A stretch of 63,991 bases of DNA, the filler included, from Dirinaria sp. TL-2023a (Eukaryota), in assembly GCA_051941275.1 (NCBI GenBank). It is 5 parts of 5 records of this genome, joined end to end, with 100 filler letters (N's around TTAATTAATTAA, not from the genome) between each part and the next. Parts side by side here need not be neighbours in the genome. Positions count along the whole stretch, not along the records: positions 13,085 to 26,063 come from JAVEBF010000723.1; positions 26,164 to 39,123 come from JAVEBF010000724.1; 3 more parts are not named here. The stretch is one strand, 5' to 3'. Under the pieces are notes generated by a model. That model worked only from the letters and a program-made list of their open reading frames with translations. It made no database searches and was not told where the DNA came from. The position numbers and the translations under genes were made by a program. Positions 13,900-27,728 of this stretch are shown one piece after another. Numbering within the stretch: the first letter of the stretch is position 1; the number at the start of each line of letters is the position of its first letter.

Positions 13900-15418
13900 T
13901 CACTTCGGATAATCCTTGACGTGGAAGCTCTTTAAATGGACGAATTGTTCAAAGCCGAATTTGCTCAATGTCACTCCCTTTCCGGAGTTCTTCCAACCGG
14001 TCCACGCAAGGTCCTGCCAACTCGTCAGGCTGATGGACTTGGGATTGAAGGGCTTCTCCGACTTACAGGGCTAGGGTAGTCGCATCGATTCACGAACACA
14101 GTTCCTGCCTCAACTTGATCCGCCAACTCCTCGCCTTTCGCGGTATCTTTAGTCCAAATGCTTGCCGTCAACCCGAATTCACTGTCATTCATCAGGCGAA
14201 TCGCCTCTTCGTCGCTACCAACCTTCATGACCGGGATAACAGGCCCGAAAGTCTCTTCATTCATAACGTCCATCTCGTGAGAGACGTTGACCAAGAGCGT
14301 TGGCTTGACATAGTTGCCTTCTGGGGGGAGATTGGCAAAGCTCTCGTTTTCTGGAGTCTCGTCAACAGCCCCTTTAGCTAGAGCGTCTTCGATATGGCCA
14401 TGAATCGTGTTGAGCGCTTTCTGTGATACCACGGGGCCAACAGTAGTCGTAGGATCGAAGGGGTTGCCGAGCTTGTATCCCTTCAAGACCTCTTGAACTG
14501 AAGCCACGAATTCGTCATGGATCGTGTCGGCCACGTAAACCCGTTCGATGCTGCAGCAGCTTTGCCCGGAATTGAACACCGCGCCATCGACCACCTCTTC
14601 CGCTGCCCATTTCACATCGACGTCGGACCGGACGTAGGCTGGATCTTTGCCCCCTAACTCGAGGCCTACGGGAACCACTCGATCCGCGGCTGCGCGCTGC
14701 ACTTGCACACCCCCCGCAACTGAGCCCGTGAAGCATATCAGACGTATTTGAGGTGATCGTACTATACCCTCTAGACGGGCCAATGAACCGCAGTGAAAGT
14801 ACTGAATGACATTTTCGGGTAGCCCTGCTTCGAGAAAAATGTTTTGTACCTGTTCCGCGATGGTTGGAGTTTGAGGAGATGGCTTGAGTATGACCGAATT
14901 ACCAGCCAGCAGAGCCGGTATCAAGGAGTTGACAAGGATGAGGTATGGGTACTGGACGTTCAGGTCAATCCTTCAGCAAGCATTATCCCAAGTTTCTTCA
15001 GAGAGCACCTTACGTTCCAGGCAAACAAGATCAAGACGGGGCCCAGAGGCAGCTTTCGGATATATCTCTTGAAAGACTTTTCTGGCTCTCCCTCGGTATC
15101 CTGGAGCACGTCACCGCTGATCTTGAGCAGGTACTCGCCGCGAGCCACGGCCGTGCTGATTTCTTTCCCCGCGTACGAAATCGGTCGACCCATCTGTTCC
15201 GTGAGCTCCCTAGCCAGAACATCCTGCTTGGCGCTGATCGCTTTCAATGCTTTGCTGACAATCTCCTGGCGTTGCTTCAAGGGAGTGAGGCGGTATGTAT
15301 TGAAGGCTTGCGTAGCGGTCGCCGGCAACAGGGCGAGGTCTGAATCGGCCAGGCCATTGCGTGTGAGGACTGGCTTGTTAGATGCGGGCGATATTGTTGT
15401 GAGCACTTCAGCAGACAT
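13900..15418 (-). CDS. NAD(P)-dependent aldehyde dehydrogenase, 3 exons
   Basis: AWNYP, FTGS, catalytic LELGGKDP, FNSGQSCC and EETFGPV motifs; last exon DLAWTGWKNSGKG...HVKDYPK*. Confidence 0.92.
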
Positions 15419-15875
15419 AGTGCTGGTTCATGGGTTTGAAAGATCTTAGGAGCAGCATTGAGAGCAATCGCTCTAGCTTACTCATGCATTAAGTATCATT
15501 GCCTTACGGTATGTTAAAGTATGTTGGGGCGGAAGGCTCAATGGACTCTAAGGTAGTATGTAGTAGTGTACTTAATCGATATAAACAAACCTCAAACGAA
15601 TGCGGGCCTCCATCATTCTTTACATTAAATCCACAACTCGTTCCTATGCTACTTATATCCGATGAACAGCTATCTATACACATGCGCTCACCCTGAGCGA
15701 AAAGTTGAACACATCGCAAACCTCCGCCCTTCGAAGGCAGATCTGACCCTTAACTCCACGCTAGCCAGGGTATAATGTAATACACGTGATGCGATCACCG
15801 CGTGGCGATATGCTGCTCTATGCTGCACAAATACACTTACTCTTGTGATACTATTCGCAGAGGGAGGGGAGTGAG

Positions 15876-18800
15876 CTATGAGAAGAAATATTGGCTCTTC
15901 TTGAGCCTGGAAACGTCGAAGTCGCCCTAGTTGAATGTTAACAAATACTAGCGCACAGCAAATGACCATGCATACCTTCTTGGGGACAGGTGGAAAGGTC
16001 AACGGTAGCCAAAGCCAAACGTTATTCATCCTTTTCCGAGTGGTCTTTTTAGCCTTGACACTTTTAGAGGCATCACATTGTATCTCTTCGCTCTCTTCAA
16101 GACCGCCTGAAACTTCATCGAGCTTTGCCTCACCACTGGGGACTGTATAGTGATCTTCCGTATCCGGGTCGAGCGATTGTGCATTACCGTGGTCGCCGAC
16201 CTCCAGTTGCTCGTTCACCTGCAACTTTGCAGTCCTTAAAGTTGGAATCTCGCCAATGCCGGCACCTTGTAGACTTTCCTCGGGCGAAAGCTTGGTCTCG
16301 TCGGCGATTGTCTGGAACATTTGCGCAGGAGTTACCATCGACAGTCCCCTCTCTCTTTCCTTTGGGTCCTGAGAAGCAATGAGATCCAACCGTTGCTTCT
16401 CCATTTGCAATTCCCGAAGTTTCATACTCTTGGTCTTGAGTGCTTCGTCCGTCCGGATCGATCGGCGCCATGACAGGATTCTGTTGCCAATGGCGGTTCC
16501 GACCTTCACAGTCGTAAGATAGAAATAGCCCTTGTATCTTGTTGCAAATTCAGTGGCCAGGCGGCCAACAATATCTTCAGAGTGCATCCTCACAAACTCA
16601 TTGCGGATGATGGTGTTCATTGTGTCTACGTCTGCAGCGTGTGTCCAAAATGAGTCATGTACCGACGCGAATGTCAAGCCCATTTCATTGCACTTGAGCG
16701 CCGTTAGGATCATATGAGAGGCATCGAGTGAATGAATGAAGTTAGGAGGAAAGGCTTGAAGTTGTTTTCGCTTACTGACTGGATCGTTGGAGGAATGGAC
16801 CTGGATACTGATTGCTTGGAGATTTGTTGATACTTTCTTTGCGCTCGATGTTCGATACGGCTGGACTACAGGCATTCTCAGCGGATTGGTCCAGATCACA
16901 GGTGTGGTGAATGTCATTGCTCGAGCAGCTGCCTTGCTCGCCTTGCCCCCTCTTGGGACCCTTGTGAATACTGAATCCGCCTTGCCTTTTGCGTGGACTA
17001 AGGCGGCATCAAGCTGCTCGGGGCTCACTGACTGCGCTATTCTGCCCGCGCAAGCGCCAAGCCAGTGTTGTATGTCATGTGCCCCATTGAACATATGGGA
17101 AAGTGCCTCGAAGATCTTTTTGGCTACATACTGAGCCATGTCCTCCACACTCACACGATGTGGACTAAGAGAATCAGCGAAGATTTGGTCAAGTTGTTTG
17201 CGAACCTGTAGCTTTGCGCCTATAAACGTGACCCCGTATACGTTAGTCATAACTGTCTGCTTCACAACCTTTCTCGTCACCCGGCCCTCTAGCGAGAGCG
17301 CACAGAGATTGCCATGAGCAGCGTCTTTGACAACTTCTGCTTTGACAATCTCCGCCACTGCAGTGTATATGTCCGAGGGACGGTCAGAAGGCTCTAGGTT
17401 AACCTGCTTGGCACCAATTGCATCGCCTCCAAGCGCAGCGTAGTGCTGTAGACCGTTGCACGTGCCATCCTGATGGATAGCAAGATGTGACACGAAGTGC
17501 TGCGGGTCTGGCGAGTCCAGTGCGTTCTTGAGCTCAATACAAGCACTCAAGCACTGCCATGGATCTTCAGCTTTTAGCCACCACCTCTTTCCACGCATTG
17601 GATTGGCGGCGGAGTCGTATATGTCAGGGAGGTGTTCCATGGTGAATTCCTCCCTCTCTCTGAAACTCGCTTTATCGTAACCATACAAGTTGGCCAGGTG
17701 GATTTTCAGCCAAGAAAGCCCTACGGATCCAAGTTCTTTACCACAAGCGAAGAGAAGGAGCCCACGGCAGTTATCAGCGCCGATATGATTGAAGAATGGA
17801 ACCATTGGGTACGCTCTGCCGCGAAAGTCCACATTATGGGGAAAGTAAAAAGTTTCGTTAGCAAACGCGCGAGCGACCTCTAATTGAAAATTTTGGAAGC
17901 ACCTGTTGCTTTTTTGCCCTGCCTTGAAGTTTTCTATGGTCTTGAGCTGCCTCAACCAATCTATTCGCTTCTGAGGATCTTCAGACGGAGATGGCTCCGG
18001 AGGTAACTCAACCACCGGATCCTCCGGTGGCATATCGGCAAATTTCTCCCCCGTATTCCACGCCTCGATCATAACTTCGAGGACAGCTCGGTTGATGCGC
18101 CACGGAGTCTTCCCAAGCACGTCCAGCCCGGCAAATGTATGAGCCATGTCACCATTTGAGCATGCCGTGACAGAGTACCGCCTTCCGACATCCATACTCT
18201 TGAGCCGTACTACTGGTATAAAGTGCTCTAAAAATCCACCTTCTCGAAAATCGGACCACGGCTTCGGTTCAATGACCATAGGTAGATTTTTCGACAATAC
18301 GCTACTGACCGGCTCCTTTGCAATCTTGGATGCCACAGCTTTGTGCAAACGGACGATGCCGATCTTCCTTCCTTTTTGATACTGAAAGGTGTGGAAGAAA
18401 ATGGGCTGACGCTCTGTCATTTCTTGACCCGTTTCCGGATGCGTGGAAACAACGTCAATATTCGAAACTTCCATTAGATGCCATAGAAGCAATGTCCCAA
18501 CCCTTACCTTGATGGCTAAGCTCCACTGTAGGTTCTCCATTGTGTCTGTCATGCTTTCTCCAAGGCGAAGCATTTTCGCGAAAGAACTGCGTGGATTGCG
18601 CCGCTTTATGAACGCCCTTAATTTTGCAAGACGATCCGAATGTCCGTGGACCTTGTGCATCCGTGTGCTGTTGAGCTTAACTGTCTCAGCGATACTCTCA
18701 TCCTGCACGGATTCTCCGATCTTCGCAACTACGTGAGATAGCTTACTACCTTCGTCAAGACGGCCCTCGGTACTGAGTTTAGACACGGTAGTAAGAATAG

Positions 18801-20175
18801 TTACTGCCGACAGGGTCTCTGGTGGAAGATACTGGAGGAAAGGACCAAACCGGCAACGTTCTTTATCCGCAGCATTTTTGAAATCCTTTCCCTCAGCCTC
18901 ATTAGCTCTCTCTATTTCTTGGCGTATTAACGGCACAAGTTTCTCATGCCAGCCCCACATTAGCGCTCCGATAGGTGAAGCTCCCAGACTCGAATTTATG
19001 CCCATCTTCTTCTGGTGCATGCTTTCCTCGCGCCAGCGTTTAAGAGCCGACCTAAAGGTGTCCTGTTCTAAAGCGCGTTGCCGCGCTATGGCATTTTGAG
19101 GACTTCCACCCTTCACGACCTCTTTCGAACTGTCTTTGGGTGTTGAGCTAGCGTCTGCAAAAATCGAAAGAGATTGGCGTAGCGATTGGAGTCCAAGCCC
19201 TTTGACAAGCATAGGTTTCACTTCTGGTATTTTATCGGACTCTTCAGGACGAATGGTGGTAATCGGAGGTAGAACGACTTCAGATTTTTGATTGATTTTA
19301 TCAAAGATATCGAGCTCTTTTTCAGATGAGAGGCCTGTCAAGACGTGTTGCGTTTCTTCAGAAACACCATCCTCCCCTGCCAGCTTTAGATACCTTCGAG
19401 TTTCTTGGCTTACTTCCTCTCTATCAGGTACTTGGAGACTCGAATGTAACATTAAAGCATATGTCGTAGCATCAGGAGGAACCCTCTTCCCCCGTAGCTC
19501 AATCTCGAACCAATTTTGAATCTGCGTAAGCAATGTCTTGTCGTGTGTTATGCTGAGGTGGTAAATGAGCTCGCGCAAGTAGTCATTATGAGCAGCTATA
19601 AGCCCTGGAGCATCTGCTTTGTACAGCACATTGAGTCTACGCATCAGTGCTGCAGCTCGATCGAGACGGCCAACTTGAAGGCAGGCGTGGAGAGTCTGGT
19701 GGATTTCGGCAAGATCACCACTGATGCCATCGTGTGACCTGAAGATTGCGGCGGTAGTCGTAGGAGATTGATCTATAACGATTGCGGTTTTCGGGTCGAA
19801 AACGCCCGGGCCAGGGGGACCAGCCTCCACTGGACGCCATGTGCCGTCGGCGGTGCCGGAATGACTGAAGATACCGTTTGGAGGCTCAAAAGGAACAAAA
19901 CCACCGTCCAGGGGGCTTGGCTCTGCAATAGCGGCAAACGCATGCCCGCGACGAGTGGGTCGTTTTCGTGACGAAGCTAGCTCTGACGAAATGGTGCTCG
20001 ATCGATTCGATTTCCAAAACGCTTGATCTCGATTGGAACTCAGGGTATATCTTTGACGAGGGATCGGTGTGTAGAGGGCCGGGCAGAGCCATGGCAAATG
20101 AAAGTCCGTGCACGAAGCCTGGAGACTTCTCTGAGAGACTGATGGCAATGGTTTTCTCGAAGCCCGTACTAGCAT
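15876..20175 (-). CDS. RPO41: Mitochondrial T7-like DNA-directed RNA polymerase; 49-nt intron 15927-15975
   Basis: HNVDFRGRAYP, HQDGTCNGLQHY, RKVVKQTVMTNVYG, PPNFIHSLDASH and SVHDSFWTH motifs. Splicing restores the conserved C-terminus GDFDVSRLKKSQYFFS*. Likely start MLVRASRK resembles a mitochondrial presequence. Confidence 0.95.
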
Positions 20176-20795
20176 ATTAGGGCCAAGTGCTCGTAGGGCT
20201 TTGGAAAGGCCGGTCAGCACAACGGTCAAAGGAAAAGGGAGGAGGGGAGCGGAGAACGCAACGAGAAGCAGTGCATGCCTGAGCAGATGGCTGCCCAAGC
20301 TCAAGGATTAAGGTGGGTAGAAGCTACAGGGAAGTCAAGCTCGAGAGGTGGATGGCAAAAAAGTTTCACAGTGCATCATTTCGCTCCTGATTTTGAATGA
20401 CTAATCATATGCTAGCGGCGTGCTAGCGTGCCACTGCAAAAGACACCCTCGAAGCCTTTAGCAATCCAAGATTATGAAGTCTTTATCCATCATTCGTCGT
20501 CTGCTCAACTGCATCATAATAAATGCTGAATGCAAATGTCGTGAAGTCAGATCCTTCCCGATCTGCATTCTATAGCTTCTGTTCATACTTGTGTCGGACG
20601 GAGAATATTCGTTCTGTTACTGCTAGAGACGCGCTGCTAGAGAATTCGACTATGGACATCAATAGGCGCATCTCGTTCTCATTCTGATAAAGCATTCACA
20701 TGATTTAAATGAAGTCCTTTGTCTGGCTGCACACCTTTTCTTTTTCAAGTCTTGCCCTCCCACATGATCCACAAAGCAGTCAACGAGAGAACATA

Positions 20796-21558
20796 ATGTC
20801 ATTGTCCCAGCCTCTTTGTCTCTACAACATGGGCCACTTACTTAAGTCGCTGTGCATCGCACCGTGACCCTTCTAACATGACCTATAGGAATCACAGCTG
20901 TGCTGAATCAACATTAAAAATGGACGCTTCGGAAGATCAGGTTACCCGCGCGGCACACCGTGCTTTTGACCAGATTCTTGAGGACCGCGACAACCTTGCG
21001 ACTGAGAATTACCATCTGAAGAGTTGCTTGGCTGCTCAGCAACTTCAACTTCAAAGATACGAGGAGCTGCTTCGGGTTGCACGCGGCGAGCAACCCGAAA
21101 CCCCCGCCCCTGTTCGAGGAGATGTAGGTGTTTGGGCCGCTGGGACTTTCCTCTACCTTCCATCCGAGGATGGACATCTAGCGTCCGTCGTTACAGTACT
21201 CCAACAAACAAATGGCAAACAACGCGCATTAGCCTTATTGACCATTCTGCTTGGCCGAGAACTCACCGACGCCCGACGCATAAGCGGCCTTCTGCTGCTG
21301 TCTACAGTTCTAAGAGGATCCTCTCAAGACGTCAAGGAAGAACTACTGCAGAAGGCACTGGCCAGTGCAGATCAAGCGCTAGAGCTGGCTTTCCAACTCC
21401 AAAATCCAAAGCTGGTAGGTAGGTCGCACTTTCACCGAGCTGTCTGCTTGCTTCACCTCAATCGCTTTGCAGACGCACGCTGGAGTTTAGCCTTGGCTTC
21501 AAACACAGATCCAGCCTACGCTGAAGCAGTGTCAGCTACCTGGAGTGTGTTGGAATAA
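20796..21558 (+). CDS. Hypothetical protein with coiled coil and C-terminal TPR-like helices; probable intron 20846-20888
   Basis: 226-aa ORF; the upstream exon MSLSQPLCLYNMGHLLK splices in frame (CTAAC branch point, TAG acceptor). The segment ALELAFQLQNPKLVGRSHFHRAVCLLHLNRFADA is TPR-like. Confidence 0.55.
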
Positions 21559-22198
21559 TTACTTAACTCACAGAATTGCTTGAAGATTTCTTATGCTTCC
21601 ACTCCTGGTTTTCACCAGGTTGTTGCCTTATTGGAAATGTGATGTCTCCAGCGTGTGCGCAATCCCATCAAGGTTCTGTACAGTCAGTGCCTGTCGTTCA
21701 AAAATGGAATGATGATGAATAGAGATTTCTTGCAGTGATTACGAGATAACATAACAGATTTTTGCTACGATGAAACTTGACACTTGAAATCAACCTCGGC
21801 GAAGCTAGGATACCACGCAAATGAAAAAGATGATTGGGTAAGCGAGTTGCGAATATGATGTATCAGATTTCTATGTTACGCCCGCAAAAAGAGTATAGAT
21901 AGACCACTTATTCATCAAATTTTCCAAGAGGTGCCATATCCATAATGCAGAGCGTCTGTCGGACAAGTAATAGCCGGTGTCCGAGGCTAATGCTTTATTG
22001 TAACTAAGGCGAATACTAATCAATATATCACTCTCGGCTCGGCAAGTTCTGTTCAGTCATCAAATTTAACGGTCCAGAGCGGAACCTCAACATATAAGAT
22101 GAGACATTCTACCATGTATTTGGGATCCCCAAGTTTCTAATCCCTCCCTGACGAAGCGCCTCCAGTAGAAGATACCTTCACCAAGGCAATTGGCAACA

Positions 22199-22898
22199 AT
22201 GGCAGACACCAATTCCAAAATCAAAGCTCTCCTCGAGAGCAACCGCAAGTTTGCAGAAACATGGGAGACTCCACCGACTATGCGTCAAATGCGTGCGGCG
22301 CAGTCGGAAACCGGCGGTGCACCTGTCGTTTGTGCGTTTTCCTTGTGCCGAGTTCTCAAGACCTAATTAAGCATCTTATAGCATCATACTAACATTTTGA
22401 TGCCTCAGTGACGTGCCTTGACCCTCGTTGTGTGCCTGAGCAGTTCTTTGGCCCTGTTGCGCGTGTGCCTGTGATTCGAAACGCCGGTGGACGTGCAACG
22501 AAAGACGCTATTGCCAGTATCACCGTACTTCGAGCTTTAGCAAGGTCGTCAACGGTGCTCGTGGTTCATCATACTGGTAAGAATATCTTCATACTTAGCA
22601 GGAAGGAATGCAATGGACTGATAGACAATGAGTAGACTGCGGCATGACGCATTTGACGGAGGAAAGTCTGCGTCAGGAAGCCAAAACCCGGACCCCAGAT
22701 GCAGCAGCAGAGATCGATACTGTAGATGACTATGGCTGTTTCGAGGCGGCTGATTTCGAGAAGACAATCGAAGAGGACGTGCTAACCCTTCGGCGTGCTA
22801 AAGTGTTGGCCGGCATCGATGTCCGAGGATTGGCCCTGGATACAGTGACGGGTATCGTCACTGAGCTGGAGATTGATACGCCGTTAGCAATCCTTTAA
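22199..22898 (+). CDS. Beta-class carbonic anhydrase (clade D-like), 3 exons
   Basis: Zinc-ligand motifs TCLDPR and HHTDCG are assembled across introns; VIRNAGGRA motif; N-terminal LLESNRKFA. Confidence 0.88.
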
Positions 22899-24564
22899 TT
22901 TAGTAAATACAGCACATTAGAGACTTTGATCTGCCACTCTAGAAGTTCTGTATCGCGTGGACAGTCCAAGGATTCAAAGTATAAGGGGATGAAGTTAGTC
23001 ACGCTCCCTTCTTACCTTGTTTGATGGTGGAATAATCAATTTGATGAATAATCATCTCGAGCAATATGTAGGAGGCTTATTTCATGATAGAAGCACGTAG
23101 CCACCATTCACGCAGCGTTTCTACAACGAGTGATTGGCCGGCATGCCTTGCCTTTTCCGGTTGTCATTCCACGCTCTGGCAAGGATAGGTGCTTGTCCCT
23201 TGGGCTAGCCATGAGCGTATTAATTCTTTACTTCTCCTCAACCGTGGTTTTCACGAATGTATATATTTGGCACTGGCTCTTTATGGGCGAAATACTCCAT
23301 GAATGTCTTGATTATCGGCTTCGTCGTTGGCAGCTCATCACCCAGAAATTGGGTGCTAGACAAAGTGCTAAGGTAGATTATGATAAAGGCACGTGATGGG
23401 AGGTTGGGGTCAGGGTTACGCTACCCTAAAACGCCGCGCGCATTGCATCCTGTTCTTCGGCCTTTCATCTCATCGCATGTATCATAATGACAGTATTTGG
23501 TATTGGACAGGTCAAACGCCAGAGATAGATTGGAGAGATATGCAACAAGACCCCAGTATCTTTGAGGAGAGTCTTTGTTTACGGTGAGTACAATCACTCC
23601 AATACGCAGTTTGAAGAAATTAGTAGGCGGAGTGTACTTCGGCAAAGTTATCAAACGACTACTCCGTACTTTCCACCTCAATAGCTCTTGCAGACCGTCT
23701 TCGAAGTTCGCCTAGACTTCACATACAAATACAGTTCGAGCTGATGCCGCGCAAGCCCAGAAATCAGCGTTGCGTTCGCCATTTCCCCCTTTTCGACAAG
23801 CCTCTATAGCTGCGTATCTACTATGTCCATGGCTGATTTTCCGAGATCGGTCACGTTATTGGATATTACCAAAAACGTCCGGCAGAGGTTCAAGTTCAAA
23901 TTCCATATCAATTTACATACCTGTTGTATGATGGCTGTTCTTTGTCCGAGTTGCGAATGTATTTACCTTATCTTACCGGATCCGGCTTTCGAGCATCATT
24001 CCTGAGCATTCATGGGTTTTCCCAATTCAATCCAACGCGTCCGTGGAAGTAGAGAGTCTGTTACCCTGCTCGTATTGGAGAAACAATGTGTAGCTCGGTA
24101 TTAATCTTTTCTGACACGGCCCTTTTTCAGAGTCGTAAACAGCGCGAGTCTTCTTTTGTTCTTTAGTCAGCTGGAAGAGAATTCACGCTTTTTGGAAAAT
24201 TGATCAACCTAGAATCTTGGTCTGAAGAATGTTGCGAAGCTACTGCTCTGGATTTCGCTTCTCCATTTACTAACGTCCAAGATATCCCGACCAAAGTAAC
24301 AAAGGCTTGCTAACCACAAATTCTTGAGTGTTACCAAGTGCTTCCAATCAAGCACATTGTACGCTGAATTTCTAACACTTCCAAGGGTCAAAACCTCCAT
24401 TCAAGCAGAAGCCCTGGTCAACCCTAACAAGGACTCTGAAAGGTCCAAATATCTCGCAGATCTTACATGACCGAGGACTCTGACTCTGGAGATATTCAGA
24501 GAAAGCTCTGACACGCTCGTAAAAGCTTCATCTAGGACGGAATCGTCGGGACTGCCTATTTTCT

Positions 24565-25695
24565 GTGCGACCCAACATGTCAGACATGCATGGTATATTA
24601 ATTGATCCTTCGAAAATAACGGCTGGTCTGGTACTTCGTCGTGGGAAATTAACGGAACCGACTCTCCATGGCGGTCAGAACGGGTATCAATACCTGTATG
24701 ACTACATGCCTGACCAGTTGAGGCAGACCAGTGTGGAGGTTCTGATCCGGAGGGCCAGAACGGCAATGGTGCTGGAGGACTGGAGGGGAATGTGTGTGGC
24801 CGCGACAAAAGCCGATGAAGCTGCCAAAATGCTCGAGTACGAGCCGCTGAACGCTCGATGTCGTTTCTACAAGGGAATATCCCTTTACAACCTCCGAGAA
24901 TACTGGAACGCTCTCGAAGACCTGACATTTGCACGGGCATGCATCAATATCTACGAGGAGGAAGAGGAGGTCGAAACATGGATTAGTAGGGCCCGAATCG
25001 CTACAACAAAGTCACCGAGTCGCCGACAATTCAGCCACGAGCCCCGCACTCCAGATACTACTACGACGACTCCAATCACTCCTGCCTCTTCGAATGCGCA
25101 GGTCGCTCAAGCGCTGGCGGACGACCTAGGTTCTGCACTGCGGTCCGGCCGGTGGAGTTCTCTATCAAGTCGTCCTGGCAGCTCTGCTGGCCCATCGGGA
25201 AGCACCAATATCCACGACCCCTATCGCGAGCCTTCTGATGGTTTCAAGGACATTAACTGGCTAGAAAACCCACCTTCTACTACGCAACCTATCCAACCCC
25301 ACGGCCAAGTTCCGGTACCTTCGATCGGACCAGTCCCCGGAGAACGGACGCGTCGCTCACAACCACCCGGCTCCGAACAAACGGGACCAGTAGCCCCCAA
25401 TACGTCTAGCAAGCCCTCGGTCCGGTTCGAAGATCCATCAGGTATGGGGGGAAGGCGGGCGACGGTCGCGGCGCAGAACGCAAAATACGTGCAACCACCA
25501 CGACCCGCCAATCCGCTGCGGGGACACTCCCTGAGAGAACGCACCATGGTACGAGCCGCCTCGAGGCTTCGTTCACAGACCGCGGCTCCGGAAATAGAGG
25601 AGGTTCAAGGTTTGGAAGCGCTGGAGGATGAGATGCAGAAGAGTGATGAGCCGCCTGTCGATGGTACAGAAGAGAAGGATGGAGACTCGGAATAG
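24565..25695 (+). CDS. Hypothetical protein with TPR-like region and disordered Ser/Pro-rich tail; 5' end uncertain
   Basis: 376-aa ORF; AAKMLEYEPLNARCRFYKGISLYNLREYWNALEDL is TPR-like. Confidence 0.55.
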   Translation: MRPNMSDMHGILIDPSKITAGLVLRRGKLTEPTLHGGQNGYQYLYDYMPDQLRQTSVEVLIRRARTAMVLEDWRGMCVAATKADEAAKMLEYEPLNARCRFYKGISLYNLREYWNALEDLTFARACINIYEEEEEVETWISRARIATTKSPSRRQFSHEPRTPDTTTTTPITPASSNAQVAQALADDLGSALRSGRWSSLSSRPGSSAGPSGSTNIHDPYREPSDGFKDINWLENPPSTTQPIQPHGQVPVPSIGPVPGERTRRSQPPGSEQTGPVAPNTSSKPSVRFEDPSGMGGRRATVAAQNAKYVQPPRPANPLRGHSLRERTMVRAASRLRSQTAAPEIEEVQGLEALEDEMQKSDEPPVDGTEEKDGDSE

Positions 25696-26027
25696 ATGAG
25701 AGGCTATGTAGTCTGCAGAGTGGTTTCCATGGTTAAGAAATAGAATGCAGCAAATTCAAATCCTGGCCTTGAACTATGTTTTTTTGTGAAAGAGAGGTAG
25801 GATGGAGAGTTTTACCCTATCAAAAAAATTTTCTTCACCACCAGGCCCCCTGAAGCCCCCCTACGGTCTGACTACTGTACAGTCCCCAATCAGTCCGCAC
25901 ATCCGCACATCAGTCAGTAACAACCATAATCTCCTCTCTCTCTCTACGTCTCTCAATCAATTCCATTCTTCCCCATGCGTCCTTTCTTCCTCTCTTCCTA
26001 TTCCTCTCTTTCCATTCTTTCTCTCTA

Positions 26028-26059
<32 letters not shown>

Positions 26060-26063
26060 AAAA

Positions 26064-26163
26064 NNNNNNNNNNNNNNNNNNNNNNNNNNNNNNNNNNNNN
26101 NNNNNNNTTAATTAATTAANNNNNNNNNNNNNNNNNNNNNNNNNNNNNNNNNNNNNNNNNNNN
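26064..26163. other. Artificial contig linker
   Basis: N44-TTAATTAATTAA-N44. Confidence 0.98.
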
Positions 26164-26452
26164 CTTCTTTCTGGCAACAGCCCCCGTGTCGGGAAAGAAC
26201 ATTTTCCCCGTATTTCGGCGCCACGCTTGAAATTAATAAACCTTTTATTATCGACCGGATGGAACTATTATCCTCATGGCAAGGCAGCGTGATGCAAGTC
26301 ACAAGTAGAACACTGCTGAGCCAAAAATGGCTCCAGAATCAAACTGTAACCTCTCGTTTGCAGCAAGTCGAAGTTTGCCGGAGAGGGGGGGAATCGAAAA
26401 GGGAAGTCGTGAGAAGTCGTCGAAGAATGTATGTCTTGGGTGGGCGCCATGA

Positions 26453-27728
26453 TCATAGCAAAATCAGGTAGTTGCTAGGAGCAATTCCTGAAATCTGGAA
26501 TTAGCATCTTGTTCCGCCTGTTTCAGTAGTTACGAGCAGTCCTTACCAGTCTCTCCGTTCTCTTTCTTCGCCTGCCACCATCTACCGCTTACATCTGACA
26601 CCTCCAGTATCTCGTGCTTTGAGAAGCTGATCTCGTTGGCATCGTCCGGATTGGCTTCGTACGAGTATATGGCTTTAGCGCGATATGGGTATTCAGTGGC
26701 CGAGACAACTTCGTTACGGTTCGTCTCGTGATGATCTCCACCCATAACCCCCATAGGAGCTGCGGCTGTGGGCGTTTGGGCCGGCGATTGCGAGGCCAGA
26801 GGTCCGCCAAAGCGCGATTGTGATGCGTTGCGATTGTCGTGACCTACGGGCCCTCCTGGGTAGCCTGACACTGGTGACGACGTTTCGAAGCCGTTTAACT
26901 GGGCGGAGGTGTACATTTGTGGTTGGTGGTTTCCGGAGACTGTGGTCTCTGGTCTCCCTTGATAGTGCGGACTCATTGGTCGGCTATTGCGCATCGAGCC
27001 GCGCTGTTCCTTGTGTAGAGCGAAAGAATCGATGTAGCCTCGGTGGGCTGCCTGTGGAGTCGAGCCAAAGTAGAAGATCCATACAATCTGCGCCGTGTCA
27101 GACACTGTCCCACAGACCCAATTGATTTTCGCAATCTTACCGCAACCATTGAAAGCAAGATGAAACCAGCTGCCGCAGCTTCCTTTGCACCGTCTGATGA
27201 ATATACTAGGGCATTAACCACCGAGCTCGTAAATACTAGCCCTGCCGATAAGAATCCCACAATCTGCCACAATCAGTCATGCCATCACCAAGAGGATGAA
27301 CAACGACGTACGGCGACATGATAGTTATGTGTCGAGTCCGAAGCTACGACAACCAACACGCCAACTATGCAACAGAGCATGTATGCAATCGCCCACCACG
27401 CAAAATTCGGAAAATCGGATCTGATGTCGGAAATGAGGGAGGCGACAAATGCTATGAGCCACGCCAGCTATTTGGACAACGTCAGCGGATTGTTTCTCCA
27501 CCTCGGCTTGTGGGTCGGGTAGACGTACGTATGCTATGGATATTGTCGCAAGAGCAAATGGGTCGCCAACAATATGGCCTACACATATCAGCGACCGACG
27601 TTGGACTCTCTTGATTCGGGATCCATACTAAAGCTAAAAGCGCTTCCAAATCCGCGCCGGGAGCCCCCGTCAATGTTTCCGTTCATTTTGGAAAGCGATG
27701 GCGAGTGAAGACTGCCGTACGATGGCAT
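26453..27728 (-). CDS. SHO1: High-osmolarity signalling protein Sho1 (4 TM + SH3), multi-exon
   Basis: Start [41 protein letters not shown]3 domain [59 protein letters not shown]. Confidence 0.95.

Noticed and set aside
15688..20304. T7-like RNA polymerase as a phage or linear-plasmid gene; 1538-aa ORF ends as given
   Set aside because: It has a spliceosomal intron, a long N-terminal extension and a YFFS terminus, so it is the ordinary nuclear-encoded mitochondrial RPO41. The ORF-track ends are over-extended.
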